Source of the DNA: Paraspadella gotoi
Taxonomy: Eukaryota > Animalia > Chaetognatha
Assembly (NCBI GenBank): GCA_051294375.1
Contig: JBJCIZ010000420.1
Location: forward strand, 1 to 5,746
DNA: 5,746 bases
Direction of reading: 5' to 3'
Position 1 is the first letter of the stretch. Every line of letters starts with the position of its first letter. The notes beneath the pieces were generated by a model. The model saw only the letters and a program-made list of their open reading frames with translations. It had not been told where the DNA came from and did not search any database. Shown piece by piece: positions 1 through 5,746 of this stretch. The position numbers and the translations under genes were made by a program.

Positions 1-237
1 ACATATTGCAGTATATAATATTGAAGATGAAATTCAAAAACTTTTTTTAAATCTCTAATAAATATGGGAACTCAAAGGATTTTTTTAATGAGAAGCTATA
101 TCTTAATTTTAATACAAATAAAAATAAAATCTTTTACAAGCTGCGATTGGAAAAAATTAGAAAAATTCCCAATTGTAAACAATTGTAACATTTTTTGCCT
201 TTCTTTTATTTATTTTTTAATTATTTATATACATTTG

Positions 238-387
238 TCTCTCTTTCTCTCTCTCTCTCTCTGTACGATCTCATGCCTGATCGTTCGTTTTTTGAAAAAT
301 TCTGATTATTTTTTTCCTTTTAAAAACTTTTATTATTGCCATTTATTGCGCTTTTTTTCACAATACAAAATCCCAAATTTACATCCG
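238..387 (+). repeat. CT microsatellite (238-262) plus direct repeat unit, copy A (277-387)
   Basis: Shares CTGATCGTTCGT, AAAAATTCTGATTATTTT, AACTTTTATTAT and TTTACATCCG, in order, with 1078-1206. Confidence 0.85.
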
Positions 388-659
388 CAGATTCTCCTAG
401 GACTGTTTTTGGAGAAATTGTTAAGCAAATATTCTTACTTTGACCTGCATTTTCAATCCAAACTGCTAGTATCGAGGAACATTGCACCTAATGAAACGCG
501 TTCTTTGACTGGCCAACGGAAACTTTACGTGTTATTAAGAAACATTCAGATCTTGACCGAATGATCGAACGTCCCGCCCGTGCTACGGCCAACGCGATAA
601 CCGATAATAGAACGATGTCAGTGACCTATATTGCTTGTAGTCGTCTGGCGGCGAAACAC

Positions 660-770
660 TTTCTCTCGCTCTATCTCTCGTCGGCTGTCTGCATATCTTT
701 TCTCTCTCTCTTCTCTCTCTACGGTTACCTACTATCCGTTTATTGTAACGAAAAATTCTATACATTTTTA
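660..770 (+). repeat. Degenerate CT tract with a possible third, highly diverged copy of the unit
   Basis: CT-rich 660-720 is followed by ATCCGTTTATTGTAACGAAAAATTCTATACATTTTT, resembling ATCGTTCGTTTTTTGAAAAATTCTGATTATTTTT in copy A. Confidence 0.45.
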
Positions 771-969
771 AGGTCATACCTTTCTATGCTATGGAAGTTG
801 AAGAAAGTTTCTTAAGATGACTCTATTACCGCATAGATTAAGATCATATTGTTTTAATAGATACTCTTTTTTAGAAAAGCAAAAGGCAGTTCGACCGCTA
901 TTCAGAATTCGTCTAGAAAACGACGTTCAGTTTTCTGGACGAGCTGTCAGCGGCTTGTCCAGCACTTAT

Positions 970-1206
970 TTCTGCTCTCTCTCTTCTCTTCTTACTTCCG
1001 TATGGCTCGCTCGATGTTCTGTCGGGTCTCCTTCTCTCTGTCTTCGGTCTCTCTACTCTTCTCTGGTCTCTTTCTCTCTGATCGTTCGTGATTGTTTAGC
1101 AAAAATTCTGATTATTTTGTCCTTCTAAAGAACTTTTATTATCAGCACGATTGTAGTCTCCGCGCCTTTTTTTCTCAATTATCAAAATGCCAAAATTTTA
1201 CATCCG
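970..1206 (+). repeat. Degenerate CT tract (~970-1080) plus direct repeat unit, copy B (1078-1206)
   Basis: Same ordered blocks as 277-387; 129 nt versus 111 nt because of small insertions. Confidence 0.82.
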
Positions 1207-1673
1207 AGCATATTTCATGTGCGATTTATTCTCTTTCGTTTCTCTACGATACGACGCATGTTGTTTGTTTTACGTATGATGTAGTTGGACATTCGACGTC
1301 AGTGAAGATACATCATGCGGGATCACGATGTAATGCTACTCATCAATCAAAGAAGATATATCATCGAATGTTAAACGACTATCAGCTGATCCAATCACAA
1401 TAGTATTTCTGATCGATGATAATTGGTTTTTCAATCGCATCCAAATGAACGTTGCGTTGACCATCGCAATTCATATAATTCAATTACTTGCTGGCTCGAT
1501 CCTTTGCTTTTTAGATTTTTTAGCCCGGCATTGCTCTTCCGGCATTTGAGTGCACATCCCTTCTCCTTCTTTAGATATTCCACATGATTGATCATTATAT
1601 ATCTAAGAATACTTTCTTCTAAAGACCTTGCGTCTTTCACAGTGTCATCACACTGCCGACTAAGAAATCAAGT

Positions 1674-1961
1674 AGAATGCTTAGTTAAATACTGTGATTT
1701 TCACTATGGATGAAGTCAGTGCATAGGAAACAAAATTTTTTTTTCTTAAAAAAATTTTGCCTATATTTCGAGTTTTAGTTTCTAATCTGTCATCATCACG
1801 TGGCTGAAAGAGACAAAACAAGAAAGGTAAAATAAAATATCAAAAAAATAAAAAGAAAGGTTAACATTAAAAGAGAGAGAGAGAAACATGAGATGAAGAG
1901 AGAGGAGAGAAATTCACAGGAGTCAAATTGAAACCAATATGTACCAAAAAGCGCCAACGAA
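1674..1961 (-). repeat. Left arm of inverted repeat (inverted pLTR copy)
   Basis: Same blocks as the right arm in opposite orientation. About 27 nt longer, with scattered small insertions. The microsatellite is a degenerate (AG)n at 1872-1910. Confidence 0.93.
1759..1804 (-). ncRNA. Degenerate hammerhead copy in the inverted pLTR
   Basis: Reverse complement reads GCCA-CGTGATGA-TGACAGATTAGAAACTAAAACTC-GAAA-TATA-GGC. It is homologous to 2590-2630 but has a G inserted in the core, a disrupted stem II and one T missing from stem I. Probably inactive as written. Confidence 0.65.
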
Positions 1962-2430
1962 TTAAATGAAGAATTACATTTGTAAGCAAGGAAGCTGCAC
2001 CCAAGCCTGGACCGCAAAATCCCTGAAAACGGGCAAATTAACAAATTTATCAATTGTCCTTGCTCACGAAAAATCTAATTTATATTCGCGGTCAAAACAT
2101 TTAGAAATTTTTCAAAACTGAGGCATGCTAAAAGACACGATGAAAAACGCCGGCAACTTTTGAAAAAGCTAGCACATGGAATCCACTGCGAGCGTTATTA
2201 CCCCAACACTAAAAAACGATTGCCCTGAGCACACCCAGACTTTTCAAATGCGTCAATTGTAAAAACAATGTCAGCAAAAAAAAAAGAAACTCGGATACGA
2301 TCTAAAAGTTCGTGAAGCTTTGGAAATTCGTCGGCACAGCAGCGGACCAGGCGAAGGACTTAATGAAGACTGGGGCGCGTATGTCAAAACGGACGCTTTG
2401 AACTCAGTTTTCCATGAGCTGGAGAAGTGA
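1962..2430 (+). pseudogene. Frameshifted C-terminal GIY-YIG endonuclease domain of a PLE ORF
   Basis: Manual translation: CPCS (2055-2066), YI(R)GQ (2081-2095, the YIG motif), PDFSNASIVKTMSAK (from 2235), a frameshift in the A10 run (2276-2285), then KKLGYDLKVREALEIRRHSSGPGEGLNEDWGAYVKTDALNSVFHELEK-TGA (stop 2428-2430). REALEI...LNxDxG matches the catalytic Glu helix and terminal Asn motif of PLE GIY-YIG domains. The 5' boundary is approximate because that part has many indels. Confidence 0.85.
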
Positions 2431-2487
2431 CGGGGGGGGCAACCCTTCTTTGGGTTTTTGGTCATTTGGTCAATTTGACTTTTGACT

Positions 2488-2489
<2 letters not shown>

Positions 2490-2527
<38 letters not shown>
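2490..2527 (+). repeat. Perfect (CT)19 microsatellite inside the pLTR
   Basis: Direct reading: 38 nt of uninterrupted CT. Confidence 0.97.
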
Positions 2528-2530
<3 letters not shown>

Positions 2531-2589
2531 TGGTTAACCTTTCTTTTATTTTTTGATATTTATTACCTTTTCTTGTTTTGTCTCTTTCA

Positions 2590-2630
2590 GCCACTGATGA
2601 TGACTTAAAAACTTAGTCGAAATATATGGC
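2590..2630 (+). ncRNA. Minimal type I hammerhead ribozyme (PLE-associated, short stem III)
   Basis: Stem I GCCA(2590-2593)/TGGC(2627-2630); core CTGATGA (2594-2600) plus an extra T; stem II GACT(2602-2605)/AGTC(2615-2618) with a 9-nt loop; GAAA (2619-2622); TATA (2623-2626). Predicted cleavage after AUA at 2626. Located in the pLTR as expected for PLEs. Confidence 0.82.
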
Positions 2631-2861
2631 AAAAATTTGTAAAAAAAATTTTGTTTCTTATGCACTGTATCTCCATAGTGAAAATAAGTATTTAACTAAG
2701 CATTCTTTAAACTTGAAATTCATTGGTAGAAAAACAGAAAATAATTTTAAAAACCTTTCTTTGTTTACAAAGAACAGGTGAAGTTTTAATTAGACTTGTT
2801 TTCACTTTTTTAAGTCTTCTACTATATAATGTTTAACTTTTTAAAAACTATTTGATATAGA

Positions 2862-2932
2862 TGAGAGAGAGAGAAGGAGAGAGAAAAAGAGGGATAGAAA
2901 CAGAGAAGGAGAGATAGAGCAAGCGATAGAGA
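2862..2932 (+). repeat. Degenerate GA-rich simple repeat
   Basis: Purine-rich interrupted (GA)n tract, read directly. Confidence 0.8.
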
Positions 2933-4789
2933 ATAACAAAGAATTATTAAAAGGCTAATGATAATGAATGGATTGGGCGATTGTCTTAAAATCTTGTAGA
3001 AAAACATGTGATTGAGCTGGAAATCATTATATTAACAACTACGCCAAACATTAGTTCAGAACAAGAAGGAGATGGCAAAGTTACTCCTCAATTTTGAATA
3101 AGGAAAAAAAATATGGATTCTTGAAATATTAAATGGGAAATCCGTTCCCGCAAAAAGTCTAACTAGAGGAGAGTTTCATATATATACTTGTCTCTTTGAC
3201 TTTTGGGAAGGTTTTTGTTATTTTGTCATTTTGGTATGCAAAAAAAAAGGAAACGGTAAACACTAGTATAAACTCCAGCATATTCAGCTTTTCTTTAGGT
3301 TAAAAACCCCTTCTGAATCTATCAATATATAGCAAGACCACTATCTTCTATTTGTCGTGCCTCGTTTTTTATAAATTTGGTATAGATCGATAGCAAATTC
3401 CCTCTAGTTTCCTTACTTTGAAATTTCATTAAAATTGTCCACGCGTTCAAAAGTAAGTCGCCAAAAAACGAACCAAAAATAAGCGCCGCGTTCCGGGGAT
3501 CAAACTTTCGCTGCTTAACGAGGCGAAAAAGGTGAGCAACATAAGACTTTGACTACGTAAGTACTAATCATTGAGTCTTGATCGAATCAGACGTTAAAGC
3601 CGAAAATCCTCGTTCCGGGCCAAATAGCAAACGAGAAAGAAAAATTACGGACTGAAAGGAAAAGAAAATTGGATATAGAAAATGAGGAATAATAATTACG
3701 TAAATAATGCTGAAATTATAATGACTAATAAAAGTTGATAATTTAATTTATAATTAACAAAGATTTTAGTTTTGTGAACAAACGATTTTTATTTTTAATA
3801 AGCAGACATATATTTAGACTAACTGTTGATCATTTTGGATTTCTTGGTTCATCGTTTATGTGGTGGTGGCCTGCCTCTTCGTTTTGCGACGCCACCTTCG
3901 CCTCCTCTCGCAACGCAATCGTACGTCATCCTCCTCGTCATAGGTCGGACGGAATCTTCATCATGATTTGCAGTCGCGGCTGAAAGAGTCCCTCAAGTCA
4001 AAGGAGGCATTCAGGTCCGTCCTGGATTGCGGCAGTCCAACGAATACTCGAAAATAGAATTTTGGCTAAAATTGTACATTGAATATTTCATATTATTTTC
4101 GCAACTGGAAACTCGCCGTTAGAGAACAAACGCAAAAGTTATGTGAGATTTACAACCCGAAAATTCTTATAAGGGGGCAAAGGAGGTGAACAAACAGCAT
4201 AAAGTTACAGTGCCGTTCAAATTAATATTTAATGATAAAAATATATCAAGGGACAATACTAATAACTTGTTGTACAGTTTAGTGAGGACACTGACAACTG
4301 ACTTAGCGAGGATAATGGTTTAGCCGCGGGAATTCTCCTTCTTGCTCGCATAAAGCTCAATGTTCTTCTTATCATCATTAGACAACATCAGCCATGTAGC
4401 AAGATTAATGTACTGCCAGCAGCTCAGTATTTAATGCTCTAAGAGATTAAAAACTGAACCTTTTATAAATTTATTTCCACATGTACTAAGTGATGCATTG
4501 ACATTTTGATACTGGATCCTCCAGTTAAATGGGTCTATTAGTTAAATTCTTTATTTATGTATGCAGAGTGTATCCAAGATGGATTTAGATTTTCTAAAAC
4601 GTTCCCACAAGTGATCGACAGCCATATGATTACTTTAATTTAAAACACTTTTATTCGATTTGAAATTCTCAACGATGAAGCATCTCCGATCGATTTTTAT
4701 TTGGTCCCTAATCTATTGAAATTAGCTTATACGATCGATTTGTCAGATCAAACGATGACGCCTTTATTTCGCGTAATTTTAAACGTTTT

Positions 4790-5746
4790 AATTGATTGGT
4801 ATATAAATGAAATTAACGTTGATATTATAGTTTTTAGAAATATATTTATAAATAAATAAATATTATAGTAAGTTTTATATACTATATAAATAGATAAATA
4901 GCATTTAAACGAGAAGCTTGAATGCTTCTTTTTCTTACCAAAATGAGGAATTCAAAAATTTTTTGCATAAAATAAAATATTAACTATTTTGTTTGCTTAA
5001 TTTCCTATTACATATAATATAATATAATTGTATTATAAATTAAAATTGTATAAATCATTCGTTTAAGTTACCATTATACGTGCTTTACTAAATAGGTAAA
5101 TATGGAAAAACTTGATAATAAGATGAAAATAACCAATAAAAGTAAAATATTAAAAAAAATAATAATAATAAAATTAATATTATCAAAAATATAACTATTA
5201 TAACTATAATTAATAAAAAAATTATATTTTAAAAACTACTGCAAAGAATTTAAATTGTTTAAAAATTATTAAAAAATCTGTTTCTATAGCCAAATAGATA
5301 TTTTTTAAGTAATTTTTAGTCAACTATTCTCAACAGGAAATTTTGGTTTTATTCTTTTGGTTTTGTTCCGTAAAACCCAAGCTTGGAAAGCAGGGCAATT
5401 TTAGTAATTAGTCTATTCTTACTCCATATACTCATCATAACAGACTTTTACATAAAACTGATATTCATAATATTTGAAAAATATTTTTCTCTTCTGAAAA
5501 CAAAAATTAAATAAAATTCTAAAAGTTAAAAGCTAAAAACTGAAAGCTAAATGTCAATCATTTGATAAATTTTCAGTATATACATATAGATAAGTTAAAA
5601 GGATCCATTCAATATCAGAATCAATGACTTAAGTATATTATGTTGGAATGATCAGAAACAAAATGAAAAAAATTAAATCTTTAATCAACAAAATTGAAAA
5701 AGTGAATGAACAAATTATGATTAAAAACAATATGATAATATGATAA
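4790..5746. other. Extremely AT-rich low-complexity region
   Basis: By eye roughly 80% or more A+T; 5161-5220 contains only 3 C and no G. No ORF in the supplied track. Confidence 0.8.

Larger units (their letters stand above)
1674..2706 (+). mobile_element. 5'-truncated Penelope-like retroelement (inverted pLTR + GIY-YIG endonuclease remnant + 3' pLTR with hammerhead)
   Basis: Seen: ~260-290 bp inverted terminal arms (1674-1961 vs 2446-2706) enclosing a GIY-YIG-like coding remnant, with a hammerhead core downstream of the stop codon. Established: PLEs encode RT plus a C-terminal GIY-YIG domain, carry minimal hammerheads in pLTRs, and often occur 5'-truncated with an inverted pLTR. No RT domain and no clear TSD seen. 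The arms may extend to 1668/2716 (TCAAGT/ACTTGA). Confidence 0.88.
2446..2706 (+). repeat. Right arm of inverted repeat (3' pLTR)
   Basis: Its reverse complement shares ordered blocks with 1674-1961: AGAATGCTTAGTTAAATACT, ATTTTCACTATGGA, CAGTGCATA, GTCATCATCA, GTGGCTGAAAGAGACAAAACAAGAAA, AAAAGAAAGGTTAAC, (AG)n, AGTCAAATTGA. Confidence 0.93.

Noticed and set aside
171-190. Short tandem AATTGTAAAC/AATTGTAACA, and CGATCGATTT repeated at 4697 and 4732
   Set aside because: Only two short copies each; not an array or CRISPR, and compatible with local slippage or chance.
1225-1280. Vague resemblance to a PacBio SMRTbell adapter (CT-rich then GTTGTT)
   Set aside because: Too divergent, and the flanks are not mirror images of each other.
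64-1403. Supplied ORFs 64-564, 561-815, 583-777, 817-1128 and 1092-1403 as genes or an operon
   Set aside because: They are L/S/F-rich translations through CT tracts and degenerate repeats, with no recognisable domains. The operon-like spacing appears coincidental.
1431-1665. Minus frame with RQCDDT resembling the RT motif RYVDD
   Set aside because: Only the DD matches well and no other RT motifs are visible. A frameshift-aware search would be needed to revive it.
1796-2465. Minus-strand ORFs 1796-2053 and 2271-2465
   Set aside because: The first reads through the pLTR microsatellite. The second is the antisense shadow of the GIY-YIG C-terminus.
1674-2706. DNA transposon or MITE with long TIRs
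   Set aside because: No transposase or TSD is seen. The internal GIY-YIG remnant and the hammerhead in the arms fit a PLE better.
2822-3007. 61-aa minus-strand ORF resembling a membrane peptide
   Set aside because: The hydrophobic L/S content comes from translating the degenerate CT tract.
4011-4628. About 205-codon minus frame with only TAA internal stops, suggesting ciliate genetic code 6
   Set aside because: Its six TAAs are about what random AT-rich DNA would give, TGA-free runs of this length are expected somewhere in six frames, and the product is unrecognisable.

Overview
AT-rich, eukaryote-like (probably animal) repeat-rich DNA with no intact recognisable protein-coding gene; the supplied ORFs look spurious. 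The main structure is a 5'-truncated Penelope-like retroelement (PLE) at ~1674-2706. It has a frameshifted GIY-YIG endonuclease remnant on + (~1962-2430, ending ...LGYDLKVREALEIRRHSSGPGEGLNEDWGAYVKTDALNSVFHELEK*). A ~260-bp pseudo-LTR follows, containing (CT)19 and a minimal type I hammerhead ribozyme (2590-2630). A degenerate inverted copy of that pLTR, with a damaged antisense hammerhead, lies at the left end. Elsewhere there is a degenerate CT-associated direct repeat family (~240-1210), a weak inverted repeat (~3075-3460), two unassignable GC-richer exon-like islands, and an extremely AT-rich tail. Differences between repeat copies are dominated by small insertions, so part of the apparent decay may be long-read sequencing error. 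The PLE plus hammerhead architecture is a known class; only this family and ribozyme variant could be new.
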